Notes: generated by a model not told the origin, from the sequence alone. A stretch of DNA of 64,000 nt from a virus (IMGVR_UViG_3300031418_000007), one strand, 5' to 3'; shown: positions 9,190 to 18,003, counted from the first letter of the stretch. A program made the numbers and translations.

Positions 9190-10260
9190 TTGTTGCCTGA
9201 CACGCCTTTGGCGGTCAGGCTTAAATGTTATCCCCAGTCAGCACATCGATCGGAAACCCCAGATGGCAAGTTGCCACGCTATTCGGGATCTTCGCTTCGG
9301 TGCGAATGGCTGCGTCATAACTTCCGAGCCTGGGGAGTGCTCATGGGAAGGTTCTTTTACAATGTAACCTCTGATATAAGCTATCACGAGATTGAACACT
9401 GTTTGTTCCGTCAACTGGAATTTACCCAGTAAGGGTAAATAAGCTATGAAAAACATACTTACCCTTAATGAGTTGAGAAACATTGTGGAACATCCGTATT
9501 CCACTCTGTTATTACTTTGAGAGGTATAATGAACTTTCAATGAAGGTCCTGAGGTCGCCCTAACAGTTAGGGAGAACGTTCTCAACAGCAGCGCACAGCT
9601 GCAACGTTCTTCTACTCTTCCGCATATGCGATTCGCTCTCATTAGGCAATCGCACCCCCAGCTCAGGGATCGCTTAGTAGACCGGATCTGGCGGCGTGCC
9701 GCTCAGCAGTAGCCGCGCATTACCGAACCTCAGTTCGTCAAGGCGACCACAGGACTTCCATCAAAATCATGTGTTCATTACACTCTAATAATACAGAGTT
9801 GAAATAATTTAGCGTGGTCAAAAACAGAGTGGGATAAAATCCGTATTATCCCATTCGATTTGGGGTAGTGAAATTTACACGCTGAAGCACCGCGGGACAG
9901 TGGTTCGGTAAGTATTTGGATTACTTAACGTACAGCTGTCCAACAATATCTTGGTAATGCAGTTAAAAATAATAGTGTCCGCTAGAGCCATGGGCGTGAA
10001 AGTTCCCATTCTCATATTCTGTCCTTGTTATTCCCACACGGACGATGGGCAAGGAATTTTCACTTCGGGAGAAGTAAAAGGGTTTGCGACAGCAGAGTAA
10101 CCTCATCAGTGACTGTGCGATAATATCGGCTAATAATCAAAAACTGTGAATCGTTAATCAACCGTCGCAAATAACAATAACCCGAACCCACTCAGAGAGC
10201 GTCAAGGGGTAGCCCGTACAAATTGCAGTGGCTTTAGCCAGTACGTGCTTTATCTTGAAA
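9190..10260. ncRNA. Candidate large structured non-coding RNA (strand unresolved, G-U pattern leans +)
   Basis: About 1.1 kb without a credible gene in a gene-dense genome. Many nested helices, e.g. 9195-9201/9214-9220, 9257-9262/9330-9335, 9547-9559/9742-9754, 9571-9580/9603-9612, 9827-9837/9846-9856, 10083-10090/10164-10171. Confidence 0.6.
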
Positions 10261-10285
10261 TGAAGTGTTCTAGAAATACATATTA

Positions 10286-10537
10286 TTACTCAGCTGGCTG
10301 TGCAGTGGCTTTCTGTACCAGCGGAACGAGATCAGTGTAACCACCGATGTGCGCGCCATCTACGAAGATCTGAGGAACAGTATCGATGGGTTTACCCACA
10401 ACTGCTTGCAGATCAGCTTTGGTCATGCCGGCTTCAACGAAGTCAATATAGTTGTGTTCAACACCTTTGGCTTGACACAGTTCTTTTGCACGCTTGCAGA
10501 AAGCGCAACCTTCTTTGCCGTAGATAGTGACTTTCAT
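10286..10537 (-). CDS. Glutaredoxin
   Basis: CAFC active site; TVPQIFVDG..IGGYTDL. Confidence 0.92.
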   Translation of the reverse strand: MKVTIYGKEGCAFCKRAKELCQAKGVEHNYIDFVEAGMTKADLQAVVGKPIDTVPQIFVDGAHIGGYTDLVPLVQKATAQPAE

Positions 10538-10558
10538 AATATCTCGTTATGTGAAAAG

Positions 10559-10648
10559 TGGCAGAGAGTGAGGGATTCGAACCCTCGGTGGAATTACTCC
10601 CACACTTCCTTAGCAGGGAAGCGACTTCGACCGCTCATCCAACTCTCT
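10559..10648 (-). tRNA. tRNA-Ser(GCT)
   Basis: Acceptor stem AGAGAGT/ACTCTCT, discriminator G, encoded CCA; anticodon arm CTTCC-CTGCTAA-GGAAG; long variable arm; GGTTCGAATCC T-arm. Confidence 0.95.
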
Positions 10649-10656
10649 ATATAATC

Positions 10657-10714
10657 GGGCGGAGGTGTCGTGGCTCGATGTTACACCCTAAAGTGTGTTA
10701 CCACGACCCCCTCC
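10657..10714 (-). other. tRNA-minihelix-like hairpin between the two tRNAs
   Basis: GGAGG/CCTCC plus GTCGTGG/CCACGAC (12 bp) followed by a 3' GCCC. Confidence 0.45.
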
Positions 10715-10720
10715 ATAATG

Positions 10721-10796
10721 TGGCTGCCCCAACTGGACTCGAACCAGTGACATACGCATTAACAGTGCGCCGTTCTACCAACTGAACTATGGGGCA
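10721..10796 (-). tRNA. tRNA-Asn(GTT)
   Basis: TGCCCCA/TGGGGCA acceptor stem, GCCA end, anticodon arm GCGCA-CTGTTAA-TGCGT, GGTTCGAGTCC T-arm; 76 nt. Confidence 0.95.
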
Positions 10797-10837
10797 AGAG
10801 AAACATAATATACTACAAAGGTTACCCAATAAAAATA

Positions 10838-10872
10838 GGGTAGGGGAAATAGCAGTTATTGCTCCCCTACCC
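10838..10872 (-). terminator. Intrinsic terminator
   Basis: GGGTAGGGGA...TCCCCTACCC followed by a T-run on the minus strand. Confidence 0.6.
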
Positions 10873-10944
10873 AACCATCTAAAAGGATGATCATACTAAA
10901 AGTAAATAATGGGCAGTGATTGTCGGCACGGTAAAGGGACTAAA

Positions 10945-11550
10945 TCACATATAATTAACTAAGTAATCTAGAATGGCAGGATACGGGAAAACCATGTTGG
11001 CTTGATCGCCGGGTTTCATGATCGAAACGGCGTTGCCTTCTTTAGCCAAAATCTCTTTCATGGGTTCAGACAAATCAGGGTAGCGCAAAGTTGGTTTAAG
11101 GAAACCGTAGCCACCTGTGTATGGTCTGGACACATAACGACCAATAAGGCGATCTGTGCTGAAGTTTCCTTTCTCAGGATGTACGCCAGAGACATGAACT
11201 TGGAAACCCACGTCTGTTAACTGTTTACGCTGTATGGAACAGAAGAACTGGACAACCATAAAGGTCTTAACGAAATGTGCTTCGTTGGGTTTCTTCTTGT
11301 GTGTTTTACAGCACTCGACATAGATATCATAAAAGCTGCGGTCAATTGTGAGTTCTTCAATAAAGACAGTCAGCCAAGCTCCGTCATTCAGTGGTGATTT
11401 AAACTCTGACAAGGCGTAGGTGATCATCCCTCGACTAATGGGTATCTTGCCGCGGTAAGGCATGTCAGGATGACCGTCTACTGGCTTCTTGGCTTTCTCT
11501 ATCGCCCTTTTAACGATACTCCGCACATCGTTGTTAAATTCCTCTTTCAT
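10945..11550 (-). CDS. Hypothetical protein (~201 aa, start MKEEF)
   Basis: GAGG RBS before ATG 11550; the track's longer version (to 11748) crosses a terminator. Confidence 0.7.
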   Translation of the reverse strand: MKEEFNNDVRSIVKRAIEKAKKPVDGHPDMPYRGKIPISRGMITYALSEFKSPLNDGAWLTVFIEELTIDRSFYDIYVECCKTHKKKPNEAHFVKTFMVVQFFCSIQRKQLTDVGFQVHVSGVHPEKGNFSTDRLIGRYVSRPYTGGYGFLKPTLRYPDLSEPMKEILAKEGNAVSIMKPGDQANMVFPYPAILDYLVNYM

Positions 11551-11621
11551 TATCAATGCCTCATAAATAGTTATACCTAATAGCCATTCCAGTGAAAAAC
11601 AAAAAAAAAAGAAGCGTGTGC

Positions 11622-11651
11622 ATAAGTGTTCCCTTGGCGGGGAACACTTAT
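11622..11651 (-). terminator. Intrinsic terminator
   Basis: ATAAGTGTTCCC-TTGGCG-GGGAACACTTAT followed by a long T-run on the minus strand. Confidence 0.75.
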
Positions 11652-11656
11652 TTGAA

Positions 11657-12166
11657 TTAGGCCAGGATCGCTCTAGCGCGTTTGTAAGCGTGGTTGTATT
11701 TTTCTTCCAGTATGATAGGGGATACGGGAATGATTTGGTAACCTGCATTTTGATAGGTAATGAGTGTATTACGCACTCGTCCTTTCAAGACAGAAGTCGC
11801 ATAGGTCGTCAGCATGTGAAGTGCGTTCAACCACTCTGAATCAACAGTGCGGGTAGGCGCCATGCGGAAACCATAATAGTGATTCGTGTCTTTCAATTTC
11901 TGGATACATAGTATTTCATCAGAAAGACGCACCATCACCATGTCGTGCGCTTGGGTGATTTCATAGACGAAGTTTTCTTTGTCTTCATCAAAGGTTAAGA
12001 AAGTGTCGTCTTTAAAGTTAAACGGCTTTTCTTCTGTCAACGGAAACATCGCAGAAGGAATCGCACTTACAAATGCAGATTGGTTTTGTTCTAACGCCCC
12101 AAAGAACACGTTAAGGAAAGAACTGACTTTCTGGTTTAAGATTTGCTGTTGGTTGTAGTTAAGCAT
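11657..12166 (-). CDS. Hypothetical protein (169 aa)
   Basis: ORF ends immediately before the terminator. Confidence 0.7.
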   Translation of the reverse strand: MLNYNQQQILNQKVSSFLNVFFGALEQNQSAFVSAIPSAMFPLTEEKPFNFKDDTFLTFDEDKENFVYEITQAHDMVMVRLSDEILCIQKLKDTNHYYGFRMAPTRTVDSEWLNALHMLTTYATSVLKGRVRNTLITYQNAGYQIIPVSPIILEEKYNHAYKRARAILA

Positions 12167-12229
12167 TAGGCTGTACTCTGTTATAAAAACACAAGGGATG
12201 ATTGAGATAGTAAAAAATCATACATAAAA

Positions 12230-12256
12230 CTACCTACCCTTTGGAGGGGTAGGTAG
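12230..12256 (-). terminator. Intrinsic terminator
   Basis: CTACCTACCCT-TTGGA-GGGGTAGGTAG. Confidence 0.7.
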
Positions 12257-12276
12257 CGGTCGTATGACTTCTTTTG

Positions 12277-12909
12277 TTATGCTTTTGCCGAGGTACGGGC
12301 AATGATTTCGGCAGTTGCTTTTTCCAGCGCATCCGCACGGATAGCGTCGAGCTCACCAGCAACCTTGTTGATAAGGTCCTGTTGATCTTTGGTCGCTACC
12401 ACTGGCAGAACGTCAGCCGGCAGTACATCAGGGAAACGCCACACTTGCACATCACCACCTGTGAAGGCATCCAGCTTAGAGGTCAGTTTAATGACATCTT
12501 CAGCTTTCTTACCAATCGCCAGATAGGCCGTTGCGATTTCACCACCAGAACCGATAGCATACTTGGTATTTTCAGACAGGTTCACAAACAGCGCGTGTTT
12601 GCGATCGCCGAAAGTATCGAGGATGAAGATGGTTTTATCGTCAGCCACAGCGATACAGCTGATCCATGCGTCTTGTTTACCTTTGGTATCGAACATGATC
12701 CCGTTTTCGAGGTGGGACATCAGTTCGTAAATACCAGCAGCGTCGCCAGCCACACCCACTGCCAGGATACGTTTACCATTCAGAGTCCAACGCTTACCTT
12801 CAGCCGGCTCGTAGATCTTTTTCATATGAGTCGGAAGTTTAACGTTAAGGTTCTGAGTAACCTGGGAGTCGGAAGCCAGCACGCCATCAGCATAAACAAT
12901 TGTAGTCAT
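12277..12909 (-). CDS. Ntn-hydrolase, HslV/proteasome beta-like threonine protease
   Basis: M-T-T-I N-terminus (catalytic Thr1 after Met removal), ASDSQ, downstream Lys (MKK), GSGG and D..TGG motifs. Confidence 0.8.
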   Translation of the reverse strand: MTTIVYADGVLASDSQVTQNLNVKLPTHMKKIYEPAEGKRWTLNGKRILAVGVAGDAAGIYELMSHLENGIMFDTKGKQDAWISCIAVADDKTIFILDTFGDRKHALFVNLSENTKYAIGSGGEIATAYLAIGKKAEDVIKLTSKLDAFTGGDVQVWRFPDVLPADVLPVVATKDQQDLINKVAGELDAIRADALEKATAEIIARTSAKA

Positions 12910-12973
12910 GGGGATATTACCTTATTGAGTAAAAGAATTGATAAAAGTTACAAACGAGTATGGTGGGTTTTTC

Positions 12974-13636
12974 TTAAAGGTCTACACAGCCAACTGCGGC
13001 GTAACTGATAACTTCATCGTTTTCATTAACATCTAAACGGTATAAGATACCAGTCGCAGTCAGTAATCCAACATGGACGGAGCTTGGTGCTGCATTTTTC
13101 GATTTACGATGGATACAAACCAGTTTCCCCAACTTGGCGTATTCACCAAAAGTTTCACTTCTTGCACGCTCAGGATCCATAGATTCCATCGTCGTGCGTA
13201 CTTTTTTATTATCTCCAATGATAACAGAGGAGTAGTTAAGATCACCAGCGTGAAATAGGTACGCGAGATTTAAACGCTTACGTACATCCTCACTGTCCAG
13301 CAATGCATTTGCATCATCCACCAGTGTGGCATGGAAGAGCGTAGAACTGTAGCGACCGTCGAGTGCGGTTTCGCTAGGTCGTGTTACGATGTTACCAAAA
13401 CCTTCCGTGATCATCACGACCTTGTTATGGTTGCCAATAACGTTGTAGAACTGCACGGGAGGGGCCAGGAAGCGTTTGTTAACGGTAGGTAAGTACATTA
13501 CCTTGCCTGAGAATCCACCGTGAGTTTCCTGCCATACCAGGTCCACCGTAATGGCTTTGCTATGCAGGGTTGTCTTGGTGTCACGGTTTAAACGGTCAAC
13601 TTTGATCTCAGTCGCGGTTAACAGATTGATGCCCAT
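12974..13636 (-). CDS. Hypothetical protein (220 aa)
   Basis: AAGGA RBS; no motif recognised. Confidence 0.7.
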   Translation of the reverse strand: MGINLLTATEIKVDRLNRDTKTTLHSKAITVDLVWQETHGGFSGKVMYLPTVNKRFLAPPVQFYNVIGNHNKVVMITEGFGNIVTRPSETALDGRYSSTLFHATLVDDANALLDSEDVRKRLNLAYLFHAGDLNYSSVIIGDNKKVRTTMESMDPERARSETFGEYAKLGKLVCIHRKSKNAAPSSVHVGLLTATGILYRLDVNENDEVISYAAVGCVDL

Positions 13637-13758
13637 TTGGAATCCTTAAAAATGCGGTTCAGTTACAGTAAGATAAGTTGTCAGTGAAAAAAGATTAAAT
13701 AGACTATGGAAAATCTACTTATGGCTGTCTTCTCATCACTTAAACGGTTAAAAGAACA

Positions 13759-13776
13759 GGGGAGTCGAAACTCCCC
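13759..13776 (-). terminator. Intrinsic terminator (UUCG loop)
   Basis: GGGGAGT-TTCG-ACTCCCC on the minus strand. Confidence 0.7.
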
Positions 13777-13783
13777 GTATAAT

Positions 13784-15058
13784 TTACTTCGAACCCACCA
13801 GGGTCGCTTCAGCGAAGTTTCCTGAGTTGAGTTCGATGTTGGATACCACCATACGACCCGCTAACAATACCGGACCTGTGATGGCGACGTTTTCAAACAC
13901 CCAGATATCCTGCACACCCTTCTCAAGGATTTCAGAGGAGAACTTGATGTGGTTTTCACCGGTGAGAATAAGTTCCACCAGACCGCTCAAACGCTCAAAC
14001 AGTTTGTCTTTCTCTTCTGCGTTGGCGTAATAAAGCGTCAGCGTACCGCCAAACGTTTTATCCGTGACCACTGAAGAGAAGTCGTTGAGGTGTTTGATAC
14101 CGAAGCCAGGTTTCTTCACAGTGCCGGCAGATTCATTCTCCGCCCTCCTTTCATCACTCCACTGTTGGATTTGGCGGAGAACAGAAGTAAGACTAGGCTT
14201 AGGCTCCTGAGCAGAACTGAACTGCGGGAACTGAAACAGTTGTGACATCGGATGTTGGTAGTGCTCGTTACCCATGCTGCCCAGCCAGTAAGGAGACTGA
14301 CCACGACCCGACAACATCGGACCAAGCCCTGATTCTAACGTAACCTGGATTTGGCGAAGATACAGGGATTCGATCTCTTTGACGGATTCGATGATATCGG
14401 CCAGCAGAGCAGGACGGTTTTCAGTGTTGATGTCTTCGTACTCCTTTAACATCGCGGTCAGCTTACTGCGCAGCTTTGCTTCGTTGTCGTCCTTGGGTTC
14501 ACTCTGTGTAGCGTTGTCGAGTGCTTCAGCAATAGCGGTGTTATCCCAGGTTGCCTTGCTACCCGCTTTAGCCGGCATACGAGTAAGTCCCAGCGTCATG
14601 GGTAAACGTACCTGCGGATGTTGTTCAGCGGTAAAGCCCACGTAAACAGGTTCAGGTAAACTATTACGAACGCTGATCCTGGTGGCAACGGACCGGCTCC
14701 GTGCATCAGCATCTCCTAATACTTCAAAGACCTGACTTTGAGAAGCCAACTTATAGAGGACACCCGTACCAATAATTTCGACCCCCCAACGACGCTCCAT
14801 TTTGTAAATGGCATAGGCAGAGTGGTTTACCGTTGCCAATAGCTGCACGATACCCGTGTTAATGAATTGTGTAACCAGATTGCTTAACAGCTTGGGTTGA
14901 CGGTGGGTTTGTAAGTACTGTGCGACAATCTCAATGACGCCTTGGTGCGACGCTGCGGACACCAGGCCGAAGTTATCTACCAGGAACACTGGACCCAAGT
15001 TAGGCAGGTTTACGTGGCGGATAGCGAGGTTATTCAGATTAAGGGTATTACCGATCAT
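13784..15058 (-). CDS. Hypothetical protein (~424 aa, start MIGNT)
   Basis: AAGGA RBS before ATG 15058; no motif recognised. Confidence 0.7.
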   Translation of the reverse strand: MIGNTLNLNNLAIRHVNLPNLGPVFLVDNFGLVSAASHQGVIEIVAQYLQTHRQPKLLSNLVTQFINTGIVQLLATVNHSAYAIYKMERRWGVEIIGTGVLYKLASQSQVFEVLGDADARSRSVATRISVRNSLPEPVYVGFTAEQHPQVRLPMTLGLTRMPAKAGSKATWDNTAIAEALDNATQSEPKDDNEAKLRSKLTAMLKEYEDINTENRPALLADIIESVKEIESLYLRQIQVTLESGLGPMLSGRGQSPYWLGSMGNEHYQHPMSQLFQFPQFSSAQEPKPSLTSVLRQIQQWSDERRAENESAGTVKKPGFGIKHLNDFSSVVTDKTFGGTLTLYYANAEEKDKLFERLSGLVELILTGENHIKFSSEILEKGVQDIWVFENVAITGPVLLAGRMVVSNIELNSGNFAEATLVGSK

Positions 15059-15075
15059 GGTGCTTGTCCTTTTGA

Positions 15076-15489
15076 TTAAATGGAGACGATGGTTAGTAAC
15101 TGCATACAACGGTTATCCCGCTGTATGGTTATTTGATTTAGCCAGCTGAGTTCAGTCTTAAATGCGTGCTTAACGATCTCTTTCTCAATGGGTGTGTCGG
15201 TAGGGACGTGTGTGCCTATTCGATTACACTCGTACACGCTGACGTGGGGTTCGCCCTGTTGGTGGGCGTATAACTCCAGCAAAGCGTTTATGTTTTCTAG
15301 ATAAAGTTCCTGTTCTTCCTTGCCCCAGTGTTGCTGGCGGTTTATATCCGTTAAAAGCACAAACGGTTTGTGAGTATAGGGGTGAATAAAACTCAACGTA
15401 CGCACCCCTAGATCCTCATTGTAACATTCCCCTACGGTGAGATAGGGGAGTGACTTAGCTTTACCGTGTTTATTACTATCCATTATCAC
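15076..15489 (-). CDS. Hypothetical protein (137 aa)
   Basis: Operon packing. Confidence 0.65.
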   Translation of the reverse strand: MIMDSNKHGKAKSLPYLTVGECYNEDLGVRTLSFIHPYTHKPFVLLTDINRQQHWGKEEQELYLENINALLELYAHQQGEPHVSVYECNRIGTHVPTDTPIEKEIVKHAFKTELSWLNQITIQRDNRCMQLLTIVSI

Positions 15490-15501
15490 TCTTTTATATT
15501 T

Positions 15502-15945
15502 TTACGCAAGAAGCCGAATACCGTTCATGATGATTGCCACACCAGCACACACCACGGTAGTAAAGATCAGTAAACACTTCATGCTTGGCCAATTCATGAT
15601 GGGTTGTAACCAGGACTCTTCCTGTTCTTCTTCTTCACAATCCGCTACCGTAACAACCTTATCCAGCTCCATGATAGTGGTAACGCGCTGGTAAGTCTGT
15701 CCTAACCAATCTCTAAAGCGATGGAACTCCACTTTGATTTGTTCTACGTCCAAGATCTTACCCTTGAACCGTTCGATGTTCTGTACTGCGGCTTTGCAGT
15801 CCATCAACACCCCGTGTAGTTTGGCCATGGTTTTTAAGCCAATGTCCTCCGTATTGCGGATATGATTAACCTTGTTAACCAATTCCTTAATGTCCCGCTT
15901 CACCACGTCAATCAACTGCTCAGTGGTAACGATAACCTCTTGCAT
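15502..15945 (-). CDS. Coiled-coil protein with a C-terminal membrane anchor (147 aa)
   Basis: GGAGG RBS; C-terminal CLLIFTTVVCAGVAIIMNGI. Confidence 0.7.
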   Translation of the reverse strand: MQEVIVTTEQLIDVVKRDIKELVNKVNHIRNTEDIGLKTMAKLHGVLMDCKAAVQNIERFKGKILDVEQIKVEFHRFRDWLGQTYQRVTTIMELDKVVTVADCEEEEQEESWLQPIMNWPSMKCLLIFTTVVCAGVAIIMNGIRLLA

Positions 15946-16036
15946 GAACCGTTTCCTCCATTCCTTGTTAAATTGATTATCTACCCTACTCTAAATAAGC
16001 AATAGAGTTATGTTTTATTACGCTTACTACACCTTA

Positions 16037-16045
16037 GTAATATAG
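16037..16045 (-). promoter_or_regulatory. Early promoter CTATATTAC
   Basis: Exact motif heading the 15945-to-13784 gene block. Confidence 0.7.
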
Positions 16046-16312
16046 ATCTATAATCTTTTTCGTTGTAGTGTTCCCTAACCCCTTTTACGGAGTTAGGGTT
16101 AGGTATAGTTAAGTTAATTCTTTTCTCTCTTCTTACTGGTTATCACTAACCCTACCCTGTTTTCCCTTTCTTCCTACCCACGTTACTTACCCAGTGTATA
16201 TAGTTATACTTATTATAAATATATAAAGTAACGTGCCAATCCCCTCCCCCTCAGTTCCCCTTACGAAACCATAAGATTAGATAACCCAATAAAAAAATAA
16301 TAAATATGATAA

Positions 16313-16338
16313 CCTACTCCTCCTTACGGAAGAGTAGG
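16313..16338 (-). terminator. Intrinsic terminator
   Basis: CCTACTC-C-TCC-TTAC-GGA-A-GAGTAGG, with a T-run downstream on the minus strand. Confidence 0.65.
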
Positions 16339-16346
16339 ATCACGTG

Positions 16347-16625
16347 TTATGATGGATCGATAGAGGCTAATGTTTCAGCAGACAGAGAGACGATATCAAC
16401 GATCTCCCCATTCTTTTCTTTATCGTAGTTGTATTTCAGTGACCAACCCACCGCATTATCAGGAACATCCATCGTTTCTGAATACATGGTGATGTGTGCG
16501 GCTACTTCCATAGCGTCAGCTTCAGTGAGGTCTTCTTCACTGGTTACTTCCACTAACCACGCCAGTTTGCTTTTAACTAGCAAGATGTTACCTTCTTTCC
16601 AAACTTCTAATAACTTCTTAGCCAT
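16347..16625 (-). CDS. Hypothetical protein (92 aa)
   Basis: TAATG coupling to the upstream gene. Confidence 0.7.
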   Translation of the reverse strand: MAKKLLEVWKEGNILLVKSKLAWLVEVTSEEDLTEADAMEVAAHITMYSETMDVPDNAVGWSLKYNYDKEKNGEIVDIVSLSAETLASIDPS

Positions 16626-17488
16626 TAGTCTGCTTTCCTGTTGTAGAGTGTGTCTTCGAATGACTTGATGGTTTTAGTATCGGCCGGATTCACCATTACC
16701 ATAGATCCTCTACCATCAGCGACGTGCTTGAAACAAACAGATAACTGACGTACCGCGTTAGAAGGCACCTGCTCGTCCTTACTCTCATGGAAACGCCCCG
16801 CGAGCTCCTGATAACAACGACCTGCGATTATCACCGCTGTGTTATCGTGGAACTTCTTCCCACCCACGTCGATGTAAAGCGTGAACTCAGGATACTCGGC
16901 CATGATGATATTGCGAACATGGCTGATCGTAATGACAGCAGGCCTAACTTTCTTCCCTCCCGCATTCAGTACTTTGCGCATGAGGGCGTTGGTTGCTTCC
17001 AACTGTAACAACGAGGCCTTGCTACAGTCATGGCGTTCGTCTGTGCTGCGGCTACGAAGAAGGTAATCTTCTTTGACGCGGTTATAAGTTTCCTCTAACT
17101 GGAACAGTTCAAGAACATCGGATACGGAGGTCGATGATAACAACATTGCCTTACGCGTTCTATCAAGTAGATCCAGCTGTTCGGCCAACGCATCCATGTA
17201 TTCCTGATGGTGTGCGATCAAACGCTTTCTCAGTGCTTTAGAGGAAGTTTTGGTTACTTCCAATAGCTCGTAGTTTCTGGTATGTCCGAATAACCCACCC
17301 GATTGCAGATAGTCATTCAGACGTTCAGTAACCGGCGTGACCTCCGGCAGGTCATGGACACCCCAGTCTGAGGCCGTTTGCAGGTCGAGCATGATGCTTT
17401 CCACCAACATGCTTTGTTCACCCTTAACTGATTTCCTAACAGTTTCCAGGTATTGCTTAAATTCTTCTTGTGATCCGATCATTACCAT
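16625..17488 (-). CDS. Hypothetical protein (287 aa)
   Basis: Coupled to both neighbours. Confidence 0.7.
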   Translation of the reverse strand: MVMIGSQEEFKQYLETVRKSVKGEQSMLVESIMLDLQTASDWGVHDLPEVTPVTERLNDYLQSGGLFGHTRNYELLEVTKTSSKALRKRLIAHHQEYMDALAEQLDLLDRTRKAMLLSSTSVSDVLELFQLEETYNRVKEDYLLRSRSTDERHDCSKASLLQLEATNALMRKVLNAGGKKVRPAVITISHVRNIIMAEYPEFTLYIDVGGKKFHDNTAVIIAGRCYQELAGRFHESKDEQVPSNAVRQLSVCFKHVADGRGSMVMVNPADTKTIKSFEDTLYNRKAD

Positions 17489-18003
17489 TCTCCCGCGTAG
17501 AACTTGTTCATATCAATAGCTTCATTGATCATGGATTGTTTGAAGAAGAGATTTTCTCCCCCTACCCCTACATCAACCACAGAGATCTTACTGCGCACCG
17601 CATCCAACTCAATACGCAAACGTGGCACCGCCGACCAGTCGTTTGCGCGCGAGTCCAGTGCATAACGAAGCTTTCCACTTAACGTGCGTTCCTGAGCTTT
17701 CAGCGCGTTCAGGTAGTTGCAACGTTGCACCCACAGGGCTTGCTTCAGTTCACGGTTGCGATCAATCAACACATTGCGTTCGTAGCCGTTGTAAGGATTG
17801 CTCCCCTGTTGCTGTTGGATCTTCATGCTTTTCACCAACCCATCCAATTCAGGCAGGTCGACCATCTCTTTCTTCACCGCACTGCGGATTAAGCCGAAAG
17901 CTTCTTTTACAACATCTACCAGATTACCGTGCAGACCATCGACATATTGCTCGCTGTGTTGAACCCAGGTCAGGATGTCATTCAGTTTTTTGATTTGACT
18001 CAT
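17482..18003 (-). CDS. Hypothetical coiled-coil protein (start MSQIK)
   Basis: GAGG RBS before ATG 18003. Confidence 0.7.
   Translation of the reverse strand: MSQIKKLNDILTWVQHSEQYVDGLHGNLVDVVKEAFGLIRSAVKKEMVDLPELDGLVKSMKIQQQQGSNPYNGYERNVLIDRNRELKQALWVQRCNYLNALKAQERTLSGKLRYALDSRANDWSAVPRLRIELDAVRSKISVVDVGVGGENLFFKQSMINEAIDMNKFYAGEW

Noticed and set aside
9190-9642. ORFs 9190-9432 (+) and 9238-9642 (-)
   Set aside because: No convincing RBS or protein-like composition; they overlap each other and the dense helices, so they are probably chance frames.
10102-10109. CTGATGAG on the - strand, matching the hammerhead ribozyme core
   Set aside because: No stem II closed by C-GAAA and no matching stem I/III with a UH site nearby.
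9190-10260. tmRNA, RNase P RNA or group I/II intron as the identity of the structured region
   Set aside because: No tRNA-like domain with CCA, no ssrA-type tag, no GAGGAAAGUCC, no P7 GACUA/UAGUC pair; the GTGAAAGT hairpin near 9990-10010 lacks domain V geometry; no interrupted host gene.
11551-11748. 5' extension of the 10945 ORF shown in the track
   Set aside because: It crosses a terminator and overlaps the upstream gene; the RBS supports a start at 11550.
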